IMG/VR virus record: IMGVR_UViG_3300049218_000295
Coordinates: 32,001 to 96,000 of that record
DNA length: 64,000 nt
Source: a virus
Reading direction: 5' to 3' (one strand)
Below are positions 19,316 to 27,873 of the stretch, one piece after another. Positions within the stretch are counted from its first letter, which is position 1; every line of letters starts with the position of its first letter. The position numbers and the translations under genes are program-made. A model generated the notes under the pieces. It was not told the origin of the DNA, did no database searches, and saw only the letters and a program-made list of their open reading frames with translations.

Positions 19316-19322
19316 AAGATAA
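19316..19322 (-). promoter_or_regulatory. putative phage promoter element TTATCTT
   Basis: 7 nt upstream of ATG 19308, no SD sequence. Confidence 0.6.
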
Positions 19323-19398
19323 ATACGGAGAGATACAAAACTCCAAATTAAACAATAAGCGTCAGTGGCACTTGACAGACGTGCTACACCATTCCACT

Positions 19399-19426
19399 CA
19401 CGGGCGGTGTCGCTGGCACCCCCGTG
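19399..19426 (-). terminator. GC-rich hairpin after the exonuclease gene
   Basis: CACGGG(C)GGTGTC-gct-GGCACC-CCCGTG immediately 3' of stop 19430. No clear U tract. Confidence 0.35.
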
Positions 19427-19429
19427 AGG

Positions 19430-20155
19430 TCAAACTGTGGGTGGCGCGACGACCTCGGTCACCGTAAATGGGCACTTGCTCCGTTCGTGCTCGAGCAAAC
19501 AGGCCCGGATATTCTTGAACCAAGAACGGGTGTTGTTGTCGTAATAGTAGCCGCGAGTCTTAGCCTCATCCTTGGTGTTGAAGTCTACTCCGGCGTGGAC
19601 TTTAATCATCGGATGACGAGCAAGTTCGATTGCAGCTTTAATATCGTAATGCGAGGCAATGTAGATGGTAGCCATCGAATCAAAAAGACCACGGTGGGCA
19701 AAGTCCAAGGTGTACCGGTGGTCTGCCGCCAAATACTTTAAAGCTCGCATTTTCATCTGCTCGGGATAGGCAAAATCCACCTGGGTGTCCACCCAGGGAA
19801 TTTGAGGCAATTCTCCGACAAGCGCCGTGTACTTTTGCTCAATCATAGCCTTATCGAGCGCAATTCCACCGTGGACGATGACAGCTACCGAGTGCCGAAG
19901 AAGCAGGCCGAGCCGCCCCAAGGCTTGGCCAAGGGGCACTCCAAAGGTTTCAAGCATCTTATCGTCGATACCTGTAAGTTCCGTGATTTCGGGTTTGAGC
20001 GGTGGACAGTTGGGGTCCTGATCATAAATAAGTTCACTTAGGAATGTCACCGGCTTGCGCGTCTCGACATTCCAAAGCACCGCTCCGACTTCGGTAATGC
20101 GGTCCGTGTTCGGGTCAAGGCCCGAAGTTTCTAGGTCCAGCGCTGTAACAAACAT
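19430..20155 (-). CDS. DEDDh 3'-5' exonuclease, DNA Pol III epsilon-like
   Basis: LDLETSG, ELTGI, WVDT, HRGLFDS, plus a short C-terminal KDEAKTRGYYYD...W domain. Confidence 0.88.
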   Translation of the reverse strand: MFVTALDLETSGLDPNTDRITEVGAVLWNVETRKPVTFLSELIYDQDPNCPPLKPEITELTGIDDKMLETFGVPLGQALGRLGLLLRHSVAVIVHGGIALDKAMIEQKYTALVGELPQIPWVDTQVDFAYPEQMKMRALKYLAADHRYTLDFAHRGLFDSMATIYIASHYDIKAAIELARHPMIKVHAGVDFNTKDEAKTRGYYYDNNTRSWFKNIRACLLEHERSKCPFTVTEVVAPPTV

Positions 20156-20385
20156 TAGATGGTGAAACCTTTGAAGCCGGTTTCATCATAATGAAAGTAT
20201 TCGGCCTCGTCAAATTCGTTCGGAGTAAGCGAGATGTTGGGTTGCGGCGGATAAAGCACCTGCAAAATGATATGCTTACCCTTCTCAACCACGGTATAGA
20301 GAGCCTCTTTATCACTCTTACAAATCAGAGTGTCGTCTTGGCTGATATTTTGAGCGGTTGCGGGCTTAGTGAAAGTTGCGGGCAT
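20155..20385 (-). CDS. hypothetical protein (76 aa)
   Basis: SD GGAG; stop overlaps the next ATG. Confidence 0.65.
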   Translation of the reverse strand: MPATFTKPATAQNISQDDTLICKSDKEALYTVVEKGKHIILQVLYPPQPNISLTPNEFDEAEYFHYDETGFKGFTI

Positions 20386-20397
20386 AATGCTTCTCCT

Positions 20398-21528
20398 TTA
20401 TTCGAGCCAAATATAATCTTCGTGGTCCGGGCCAGAGCCAATCATCGCAACGGGCAGTTCGGTAACTTCTTGCATCTTGTCCACATATTGACGCACACTC
20501 TTGTGCAAGTTGCGGTATTCTTTAATGCCACCACGAACCTTATAGGAAGACCAATCAATGTACTGTGGAAAGTTAAGAACGAGCTTGGTGGCCCCGCAGA
20601 AATCCGCAGAATCTTTAAGTAATTTCCAGGATGGGGTAAAGACTCGGCGAATCTTTTTGGTCACAGTGGTGCGCTCGCGCTCGGCCAGAATTGCAATTTC
20701 ACTCTCTGGCATACCAGCCTCACGTCCAACTTGCTCCCAGGTCAGCTCTTTTTGGTCGTCAAGAACATCACCCGAGTAACCAATTTGTTTGCCGTCGGCG
20801 TCAAAATTGGAACCCACCCGGATTGGGAAACTACGGACATTGAGATAGACGTCTCCTACCATTTCAGGTAGGATGCCGAAGTCAGCATACGCCTGTTGAG
20901 GCGTGCAATCGCGGAAAGTGCAATGCGGATAGTGTGTTCCGTAGTTGACAGAGAGAGCAAAACCTTGGGAAACTTCGTGCAGAAAAGTATGCATACTTGC
21001 AAACTCGGCGCGGACCGCTCGCATGAACGCCATTGGCTTGATAGCCCGTTCTGGGTTAACTCTGCCCCAGGTTTTGAGTTCTTGTCCACGCATAGCTTTA
21101 TCCGTAAAGGCGGCCCCACTGCCCGACATCGTGGAAGAAATATGTAGAGTAGATTGCGAACCGGTTGGTGACTCGGCCTCGATGTGGCGGTCCTCGACTA
21201 CAATGGCGCGTTCATGAATTTCGAGATCTTCAACTCTATAGCCTGTTTCTTCCAGCTCCTTATGAAGCTGCTTCATCTGGAAACCAGAATTTGGACCTAC
21301 CCAAAGTGTTGGGCGTTTGCCCACCAGTTTGGGTAAGATGGCTCCCGTTGGGAGCGCTTTGGCTACAAATTTCACTTCGCCCTTGAGAGCGGTGTGTCCG
21401 GCGTTCGGGAAATTGCCCGATGAGAGATTAGGGATATCAAAAATGTCTGCCAGACGACAGGACACGGCTCCCTTGGCCGAGCTTCCCCAGGCTGAATCAA
21501 CAATAGTGTTAAACTTTCCTTTTTGCAT
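20398..21528 (-). CDS. purZ: PurZ-like N6-succino-2-amino-2'-deoxyadenylate synthase (adenylosuccinate synthetase family)
   Basis: P-loop WGSSAKG has Ser at the PurA Asp13 site. Also PNAGHT, EVSQGFALS, FPIRVG, TTVTKKIRRVF, and LNFPQY replacing the GTP-specifying TKLD. Confidence 0.78.
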   Translation of the reverse strand: MQKGKFNTIVDSAWGSSAKGAVSCRLADIFDIPNLSSGNFPNAGHTALKGEVKFVAKALPTGAILPKLVGKRPTLWVGPNSGFQMKQLHKELEETGYRVEDLEIHERAIVVEDRHIEAESPTGSQSTLHISSTMSGSGAAFTDKAMRGQELKTWGRVNPERAIKPMAFMRAVRAEFASMHTFLHEVSQGFALSVNYGTHYPHCTFRDCTPQQAYADFGILPEMVGDVYLNVRSFPIRVGSNFDADGKQIGYSGDVLDDQKELTWEQVGREAGMPESEIAILAERERTTVTKKIRRVFTPSWKLLKDSADFCGATKLVLNFPQYIDWSSYKVRGGIKEYRNLHKSVRQYVDKMQEVTELPVAMIGSGPDHEDYIWLE

Positions 21529-21982
21529 TTTGGCTCCTAGGTCCTTTTTTAGGGTGTTGTGACTTTGCGCGAATAAGTTCTTCTTCCAAGGCGCGAAAAG
21601 AGTAGGATTCGAAACTGCGTGATATTGGAAGCTTTTTCTCTCCTACAGTACCGCCCGCTAGAGACGCATCCCAAGCTCGACGTAAGTCGCCAAGCGTGAA
21701 AAGCGTCGGCTCATGGTCTGGCGAATTTTCTGCCGGGGTTCTACCATGATTAAATGCGTCCATCATCTGCTCTTTTAGTTTCCTGGAATACCTCTTGTGG
21801 AGTTCTGGAAATCTTTTGCGGACACGCATAATAAGTTCATGCACCCGCTCTTCGGTGGAAGTCGCGGGCGGAACAAACCCATCAGTAAGACTGTCCATTT
21901 CGTCAAGGAGCATCCACATCCAGCGGATTAGAATATGCTCGCGGTCGGTCTTGGCGGCAAATTCACTTTTCCGTAACTTCAA
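21509..21982 (-). CDS. hypothetical protein
   Basis: In-operon ORF overlapping both neighbours. Confidence 0.6.
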   Translation of the reverse strand: MKLRKSEFAAKTDREHILIRWMWMLLDEMDSLTDGFVPPATSTEERVHELIMRVRKRFPELHKRYSRKLKEQMMDAFNHGRTPAENSPDHEPTLFTLGDLRRAWDASLAGGTVGEKKLPISRSFESYSFRALEEELIRAKSQHPKKGPRSQNAKRKV

Positions 21983-22427
21983 TCTTCACCCCCGTGGGCA
22001 CGATTCCTGTCTTTTGGATTTTCAGAGTCAAAACGCCGCGCCGAAGTGTTGCCAGACACATTTTGGCATCAATCTGTTGTGGTAGCTCGTAGTCGTGCTT
22101 TTCCTTGGTTGCAGCCTTAGATACTGCGATCCGAACTTTATTTGCAAACACACGGACTTCGAGGTCTGTTGGAGCAATCCCAGGAACTGGGATTTCCAGC
22201 ACATAATGCTCAGTCTCAGTTTTCAGCGTCCCGGTCCAATTCTTGCTGGACTTGTCTCCGGTATTCCAATTGATAGTGGAAGTTGACGACTTAAAAATTG
22301 GGTCGAACCCCTCAAAAATTTGCGCCGCGCCTTCAGCCAATTCTTCGGTGCCTTTGGCCAAATCTTCTCCCATTTTGCGGAAATCCTCGCCCATTTTGCG
22401 GAAATCCTTAAACATGTCCTTCATCAA
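21963..22427 (-). CDS. small heat-shock protein (Hsp20/alpha-crystallin)
   Basis: ETEHYVLEIPVPGI...LEVRV...LPQQID...ATLRRGVLTLKIQK. Confidence 0.85.
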   Translation of the reverse strand: MMKDMFKDFRKMGEDFRKMGEDLAKGTEELAEGAAQIFEGFDPIFKSSTSTINWNTGDKSSKNWTGTLKTETEHYVLEIPVPGIAPTDLEVRVFANKVRIAVSKAATKEKHDYELPQQIDAKMCLATLRRGVLTLKIQKTGIVPTGVKIEVTEK

Positions 22428-22773
22428 GTGGTCCCTTCATACTTAGTGCATAAAGCACTGTCTTACAAACTTTTCTATTGCCTTCGTCAATCCATTGGGT
22501 ATCACCATGCTGCTGGACCGCCGAAGTGCCGACCGAATAAATCGCGAACTGTTCTCTGCCAATCAGGATATCCTTATTCTTGGGTTCATTGGGACCCAGA
22601 GCAGCTAAGGATTCACGTAGTTCTGCTTCTTTGCTGGTAAATTCGACTTCGGTTCCCACCGAACGAATCCACCGACTGAACCACTTTTGAGCCTCTTCAG
22701 GCTCTGCAATTTCGCACAATTCTTTAATGCACTGTTGCAGGATTTGTTCGGGCGTTTTCCGTTCACTAGACAT
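22408..22773 (-). CDS. hypothetical protein
   Basis: 121-aa ORF between nrdA and hsp20. Confidence 0.6.
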   Translation of the reverse strand: MSSERKTPEQILQQCIKELCEIAEPEEAQKWFSRWIRSVGTEVEFTSKEAELRESLAALGPNEPKNKDILIGREQFAIYSVGTSAVQQHGDTQWIDEGNRKVCKTVLYALSMKGPLDEGHV

Positions 22774-22795
22774 CCCAGTTTTTATAATAATTGGG

Positions 22796-24490
22796 TCATC
22801 CGTGGCAGGCAGCGCATTCTTCCTTTGAACGGGAAGCCAAGTCGCCCTTCAAAACCCCTTCAGTACGGAGATAGTAGAGCGTTTTCAAACCGGCCTCCCA
22901 GGCTGCAATATGAACCTCGTGAATGTACTTGGCGCTAGAATTGCTAGCGAAAAAGAGGTTCAAGCTCTGAGCTTGGTCGATGTGTTTCTGACGCTGAGCC
23001 GCTTGCTTTACCAAGGCATGCTGATTGATTTCGCGAGCGGTCAGAAATACCTCGCGTTCCTGGTCCGTAAGAAAAGCCAAATGCTGCACTGAACCCGATT
23101 GCGCATTAATGGTTTTCCAGACTTCGGTCGTGTTCTTGCCGTAGGCTTCAAGAACTTCAAGTAGTTTGGGGTTCTTACGGATGAAAGTACCTTTGGCCGA
23201 CTTCTGAGAGAAAACGTTGGCCGGGAGCGGCTCAATTCCTGCACTGTGACCACCGGAAATGGTGGAATTGGATACAGTCGGAGCCACAGCAAGCAAGTGT
23301 GTATTGCGACGACCAAAGCCCTTACACCACTCGGGTTCGCCCATCTCTTTTGCCAATTCTGCTGTTGCCTTTTCAGCTTTGTCGCGCATCGTTTTGAAAA
23401 CAAGATTGTTGAGCATCATGGCATCAAAGGAGTCAAAAGGCATCATATTGTTTTGGAGAAGAGTGTGCCAGCCGAGAACACCAATTCCAATGGCCCGACC
23501 CTTGACCGCAGAGCGCAGGCTGTTTTCAAGGCCCGGTTTGCCTTTAGCTTTCAAGATGTACTCGTCAAGAACAGCATCGAGAAAACGAACTGCGGTCTCG
23601 ACCAAGTCTGTATCTCTCCATTCGTTCCAACGAACAAGGTTGAGCGAGGAAAGACAACAAACGAATGAATGCTGGCCGTCCGTATAAAGAGTGATTTCGG
23701 TGCAAATATTGCTGGTGCGGACGCGGAGGTCGTGTTTGGCATAGCAGTCAGGGTTGGCTCGGTTCACATTGTCCGAGAAAAAGAGATAGGGCTCCCCAGT
23801 AGTCACCCTAGCGTCAAGAACATCTAACCAAATTTTCCTTTTGCTAGAATCTCCATCCAACATCTCCTTCATCCATTTATCGCTAATGCACACTCCGTGG
23901 TTGGTATTCAAACAGCGCCGATTCATGTCGCCCGTCGGGCGGCGAATGTTAATGAATTCGTCAATATCTAGATGGTCAATATCTAAATAGAGTGCCGAGG
24001 CCGCGCCTCGAGTTTTTCCTTGTTTCACCGAGTGGGTAGTGGAATCGTAAACTTTTGCCCAGGGAATCACGCCTTCGGACTCGCCATTACCCGCAACTTG
24101 CTTACCGCGACCACGAATATCACCTAGATAGACACCAACGCCCGCGCCATTCTTAGAAAGCATAGCGAGTTCGTGATTCTTCTGAAAGATGCTGTCAATA
24201 CTATCCTCAACGTGAATCGAATTGCAGGAAATGGGCAAGCCGCGAGAGGTTCCCATGTTGGAAAGGATGGGCGAGGCCGGACACAGCCAATTTTTCCACA
24301 TGGCATCGAAGTACTTCTTTTCCCAAACTTTCGGTTCTTTGGAATAACTCGCAGCAGCTTTAGCCACGCGTTTGTACATGCCACGGGGAGTCTCGCCATC
24401 AAGTAGGTAGCCACCCTGTAAGGTCGCTAGTCCTGGTTCGTCAAGCCACACGGGGGCCTCATTGGCCTGCTTCAATTCATCAAGTATCAT
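22796..24490 (-). CDS. nrdA: class I ribonucleotide reductase alpha subunit (short, no ATP cone)
   Basis: PASPIL, LPISC, SNICTEI, CCLSSLN, VAPT, LKTLYY, and C-terminal CAACHG. Confidence 0.95.
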   Translation of the reverse strand: MILDELKQANEAPVWLDEPGLATLQGGYLLDGETPRGMYKRVAKAAASYSKEPKVWEKKYFDAMWKNWLCPASPILSNMGTSRGLPISCNSIHVEDSIDSIFQKNHELAMLSKNGAGVGVYLGDIRGRGKQVAGNGESEGVIPWAKVYDSTTHSVKQGKTRGAASALYLDIDHLDIDEFINIRRPTGDMNRRCLNTNHGVCISDKWMKEMLDGDSSKRKIWLDVLDARVTTGEPYLFFSDNVNRANPDCYAKHDLRVRTSNICTEITLYTDGQHSFVCCLSSLNLVRWNEWRDTDLVETAVRFLDAVLDEYILKAKGKPGLENSLRSAVKGRAIGIGVLGWHTLLQNNMMPFDSFDAMMLNNLVFKTMRDKAEKATAELAKEMGEPEWCKGFGRRNTHLLAVAPTVSNSTISGGHSAGIEPLPANVFSQKSAKGTFIRKNPKLLEVLEAYGKNTTEVWKTINAQSGSVQHLAFLTDQEREVFLTAREINQHALVKQAAQRQKHIDQAQSLNLFFASNSSAKYIHEVHIAAWEAGLKTLYYLRTEGVLKGDLASRSKEECAACHG

Positions 24491-24505
24491 GCTGAGATTT
24501 GCTCC

Positions 24506-25468
24506 CTACGCATTAAAAACCTCCAGCCAATTTTTGGTTCCTTTGGCATAATCACTGACGCGGCTCGCGAAAAAATCACTGTGCGAGACGCCGCCCGAGA
24601 GCACATCAAACCAGTCCATGTTAAGGAGTAACGCCTTATCAATATTGGTCCACTTCGATTTCAGACCCAGGTCGTGCAGCTTCGTGTTGCAGCGGAAGCG
24701 GATGAAAGCCTTGAGGTCCTTAACCGACAGTCCTTCCACCGGGCCGAGTTCGAATGCTTTGTCGATGAAAGCGTCTTCGAGGGCGATAGTGAGCTTGGCA
24801 GCGTCGTAAATTTCACCTTTTAGCTCGTCGGTCCACACTTCTGGATATTCCGCGATAAACTGCTTAAATAACCGACAACCTGCTTCCGAGTGGAGCGATT
24901 CGTCCTTGATACTGAACGCGATGATTTGCCCCAGGCTCTTCATTTTGTTAAAGCGCGAAAAGTTGAGTAAGACTGCAAAGGAAGAGAAGAGGTTCACGCC
25001 TTCATTGAAGGCGGAGAAGATGGCGATAGAGCGAGCGATTTCTTGTTTCGTTTTGCCTTTGGTTTCGATTAGCCTATCGATTTTGGCTTTGGCCGTCGGC
25101 TCGTGAAGGAACGCCGAAAAGTCCTCGAGACCGAGCGATTGATTGAGGTAGGCATAAGAAACTGCGTGTACGGACTCCATAGAGCCAAATGCCGCCGCCA
25201 TCATCTGAATTTCAGGCTTTTTGAACCATTTGGCCACCATCTGGGTCCAGTACTCTTGGATGAAGATTTCAGACTGCGTGAAACCCTTCAGGATGTTGCC
25301 AATAACGGAACGCTCAGCATCGGTGAGCTTGGTCTTCCAATCATTGATGTCATCCGACATCGCGATTTCAGTATGAAGCCAGTGCGACTGCTGCTGCTGC
25401 TCCCAGTAAGTGTAGGCCCAATCGTACTCAAAAGGGCTATAGGTAGCTCTAGGAGTTAATAACGGCAT
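24506..25468 (-). CDS. nrdB: class I ribonucleotide reductase beta subunit
   Basis: HWLHTEI, ESVHAVSY, EGVNLFSSF, DESLH, DFFASRVSDY. Confidence 0.95.
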   Translation of the reverse strand: MPLLTPRATYSPFEYDWAYTYWEQQQQSHWLHTEIAMSDDINDWKTKLTDAERSVIGNILKGFTQSEIFIQEYWTQMVAKWFKKPEIQMMAAAFGSMESVHAVSYAYLNQSLGLEDFSAFLHEPTAKAKIDRLIETKGKTKQEIARSIAIFSAFNEGVNLFSSFAVLLNFSRFNKMKSLGQIIAFSIKDESLHSEAGCRLFKQFIAEYPEVWTDELKGEIYDAAKLTIALEDAFIDKAFELGPVEGLSVKDLKAFIRFRCNTKLHDLGLKSKWTNIDKALLLNMDWFDVLSGGVSHSDFFASRVSDYAKGTKNWLEVFNA

Positions 25469-25638
25469 TCGGGTCTCTCAGCTTTCCTTGAAATATGTTC
25501 ACCATGCGCAGCAAGTCCCCCGTAACCGAGTTACGGTGAACATTTTTAAGGTTCATCGCGGTCGCTCGACGAAAATTCCTCAAACAATTTAAGCAGTACC
25601 CCTTTACGTGCGAAGTCATGATACAGCATCGTACATTT

Positions 25639-25647
25639 TGCTATACT
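25639..25647 (+). promoter_or_regulatory. extended -10 host-type promoter (TGcTATACT)
   Basis: TGnTATACT 8 nt before ATG 25656. Confidence 0.4.
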
Positions 25648-25655
25648 TTAGAAAA

Positions 25656-25973
25656 ATGTGGCAGAATGTAAAATATGATATGAAGCAGGCTTATATTCCA
25701 GCAAAGGAATTCAAAGTGAACCATACCGTCGAACAACTTCAGGCACAATGCCCTTTCCGAATTGATAGCAGCACCCAGCTTGCTATCACAGGCGTAGTCA
25801 GCCCTCGGCAACAGTGCTATGGACTTATTTGCACTGTTACCGCAGACAGTGGCGAAACTCACAATGTGGTTGTTCGTGTTTCACTGGTTTATTATCTCGC
25901 CGCAAAAGCTCTGCTCGAGTTCGTTCGTTCTGTGACTGGACTCAGCCGGGCCACCCTGCCCTACCTACACTAA
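25656..25973 (+). CDS. hypothetical protein
   Basis: ORF filling the gap up to the convergent gene at 25976. Confidence 0.5.
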   Translation: MWQNVKYDMKQAYIPAKEFKVNHTVEQLQAQCPFRIDSSTQLAITGVVSPRQQCYGLICTVTADSGETHNVVVRVSLVYYLAAKALLEFVRSVTGLSRATLPYLH

Positions 25974-25975
25974 TC

Positions 25976-26443
25976 CTACAGAAGTTTGGCTTTGACATCC
26001 TTGACTTCGTTGCCTGGGATTCGGATTTCATTTTCGGAATCACCAACTCCGGCACCGGAATATTCATGATAGAGCTTCAAAGTTTCAAGCCAATGCACTT
26101 TGCTCTTCGGGGCGTAACCGCGCAGCAAGGCCCAGGGTTTTGGTATACCATTGCCACCAGCAAAACCAATTGCCGATTCTTTTTCCCACGACCAAGACCA
26201 GCCGGGATTATCTAGGTCGACGTCTTTAATTTGTTTAACTCCAATAACGCGATAGACCGGTAATGGGTCCGGAAAGCCTTTAACCATATCCAGAAGGTCC
26301 TCGGCATCCGCTATTGCGGTATCTTTGTCTTCGAACATGCATTCGGCGTCCTCTTTCATCGGCTTGGAATAGCCCGGATAGAGGTCGTAGTAGGAATCTC
26401 GCCAGTTGTAGGTTTTGAGGATATCCGCGAGTTTGAGATTCAT
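25976..26443 (-). CDS. putative ADP-ribosyltransferase (R-S-E type)
   Basis: PVYR...GWSWSW...SENEIRI. Paralog of an internal domain of 40841..42826. Confidence 0.55.
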   Translation of the reverse strand: MNLKLADILKTYNWRDSYYDLYPGYSKPMKEDAECMFEDKDTAIADAEDLLDMVKGFPDPLPVYRVIGVKQIKDVDLDNPGWSWSWEKESAIGFAGGNGIPKPWALLRGYAPKSKVHWLETLKLYHEYSGAGVGDSENEIRIPGNEVKDVKAKLL

Positions 26444-27075
26444 GCGTGCTGATAGATGGAAAGCACCCGGTCGCCTGCTGCTAATGCGGACGACCCACCA
26501 GTTGCAAGGTCATTGAGAAAAGTGACGCGAGTGGTACCCGCCAAGTTAGTGCTAATAGAGTAATCTTCGCCCAAGTACTGGATAAGACCATCAAAAACAA
26601 ACGAAAGTGTGTTTGGTGTTACGAGATAGGCCAAGTCAATATATTGGTTCGCAATATCTGCACTCTGCAAAATATACAGTTCTTGGTTTGGAGTGTTGCC
26701 GACAATCCCAATTCCAGTAACGCCCTGCATTCCTTGGGCACCGGTTAGACCGCCATAACCCGTCTCGCCTTGCATTCCAATGCCGGTAACACCCTGAGGC
26801 CCCTGAAGTCCAGTTACACCATCGAGTGCCACCGCTCCCGTCACACCTTGCAAGCCGGTAACACCCATTGGACCGATATATGCCGCATTGTTGCTATTAA
26901 AGGCAATGACACCAAGTCCACGATAGCGGTTGAAGTCATTGATGTTGGCCGTGATAATGGCTTGGTCGACTAGCACCCTTGAATCGGAGTTGATGCGGAG
27001 AGTAGCCTTGGTCGCTGAAAGTTGCAACACCAGCAGTCCATTGGTCAAATTGGTTACAATAACGTCTGATGCCAT
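26440..27075 (-). CDS. short collagen-like virion protein
   Basis: GVTG repeats; C-terminal domain paralogous to 9030..10730. Start at ATG 27075 is supported by an upstream TTATCTT. Confidence 0.8.
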   Translation of the reverse strand: MASDVIVTNLTNGLLVLQLSATKATLRINSDSRVLVDQAIITANINDFNRYRGLGVIAFNSNNAAYIGPMGVTGLQGVTGAVALDGVTGLQGPQGVTGIGMQGETGYGGLTGAQGMQGVTGIGIVGNTPNQELYILQSADIANQYIDLAYLVTPNTLSFVFDGLIQYLGEDYSISTNLAGTTRVTFLNDLATGGSSALAAGDRVLSIYQHA

Positions 27076-27081
27076 ATCCCC

Positions 27082-27088
27082 AAGATAA
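27082..27088 (-). promoter_or_regulatory. putative phage promoter element TTATCTT
   Basis: 6 nt upstream of ATG 27075. Confidence 0.6.
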
Positions 27089-27154
27089 GCGTCGCCTTGG
27101 TATTTTTGTCGCGGGTGCGGGGAAATCGGTGGGCCTTTGTGTTGTGCGTCATGG

Positions 27155-27280
27155 GAACGGAAGCGGGTTCGGGGAGGGAAATACAACCCCCCAAACCCCC
27201 CTTACGCGTTCGCAGCATGTGCGAGATGGGTGTTTTGGGGTTCTGGTCTAGTCTCAATACTAGAACAGAAGCGGGTTCGG
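27155..27280. repeat. 18-nt direct repeat pair in a non-coding strand-switch region
   Basis: GAACRGAAGCGGGTTCGG at 27155-27172 and 27263-27280 (one mismatch). Confidence 0.7.
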
Positions 27281-27376
27281 TACAGGCAGAACAACCTCCC
27301 AGGCCCAGGTGGCCTGGTACAAAGAAAAGCGAGCATGCTAATTTTAACACCGAGCCGATATGCCTAAAAGGGAGCC

Positions 27377-27658
27377 ATGAACGTACACGTTGTCAAAAGT
27401 TGGTGTTTCCTTTATTCCGCTGCAATTGCAGGTTATAAGACTCATGACTTCCGGGACATGACTGAAAGAGATTACAAGGTTGGAGACCAGCTCCACTTTC
27501 GAGAATTTGACCAAACTACCGGCCAATACACTGGCCGCGAGGCTTTGTTCGAAATCACCTACATTACTGACAATAGAACACCCTGTGCTATGTCGAGCTG
27601 TGCATTAGATAAGAAATACGGAGTTCTAAGCATCAAGCTGCTAAAAATTTTGAGATGA
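27377..27658 (+). CDS. ASCH/PUA-like (DUF3850-type) protein
   Basis: G.KTHDFR..ERDYKVGD.L.FREFD...YTGRE. Confidence 0.8.
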   Translation: MNVHVVKSWCFLYSAAIAGYKTHDFRDMTERDYKVGDQLHFREFDQTTGQYTGREALFEITYITDNRTPCAMSSCALDKKYGVLSIKLLKILR

Positions 27659-27873
27659 CTCTCTTTACTGAACAAGAAATCCGCACTGCTATTCGTGAAA
27701 ACAAGCAATTAAAAGAGTTAACCAAGTTATTCCGAAACACAATGCAGCAGATTTCGGAGCTTCCTGGGGTTTGTTATTGTTCTGGAAGCCACGACAATCG
27801 GGAGTGGTGCGCGGTGTGCGCCAAGGGTCGCGAAGCACTTGACAAGTTAGACAAGATTTTGGAGTCCAAGTGA
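27655..27873 (+). CDS. hypothetical protein (Cys-rich)
   Basis: Translationally coupled ORF with CYC...H...CAVC. Confidence 0.6.
   Translation: MTLFTEQEIRTAIRENKQLKELTKLFRNTMQQISELPGVCYCSGSHDNREWCAVCAKGREALDKLDKILESK

Noticed and set aside
19372-19400. TTGACA as a sigma70 -35 promoter on the plus strand
   Set aside because: No acceptable -10 element at 16-18 nt, and no plus-strand gene downstream.
20398-21528. Ordinary purA
   Set aside because: It lacks the catalytic Asp13 and the TKLD GTP-specificity motif; the substitutions match PurZ.
27076-27186. N-terminal extension of the 248-aa ORF and other ORFs spanning 27054-27438
   Set aside because: The promoter motif supports ATG 27075; the region is repeat- and hairpin-rich and reads as non-coding.
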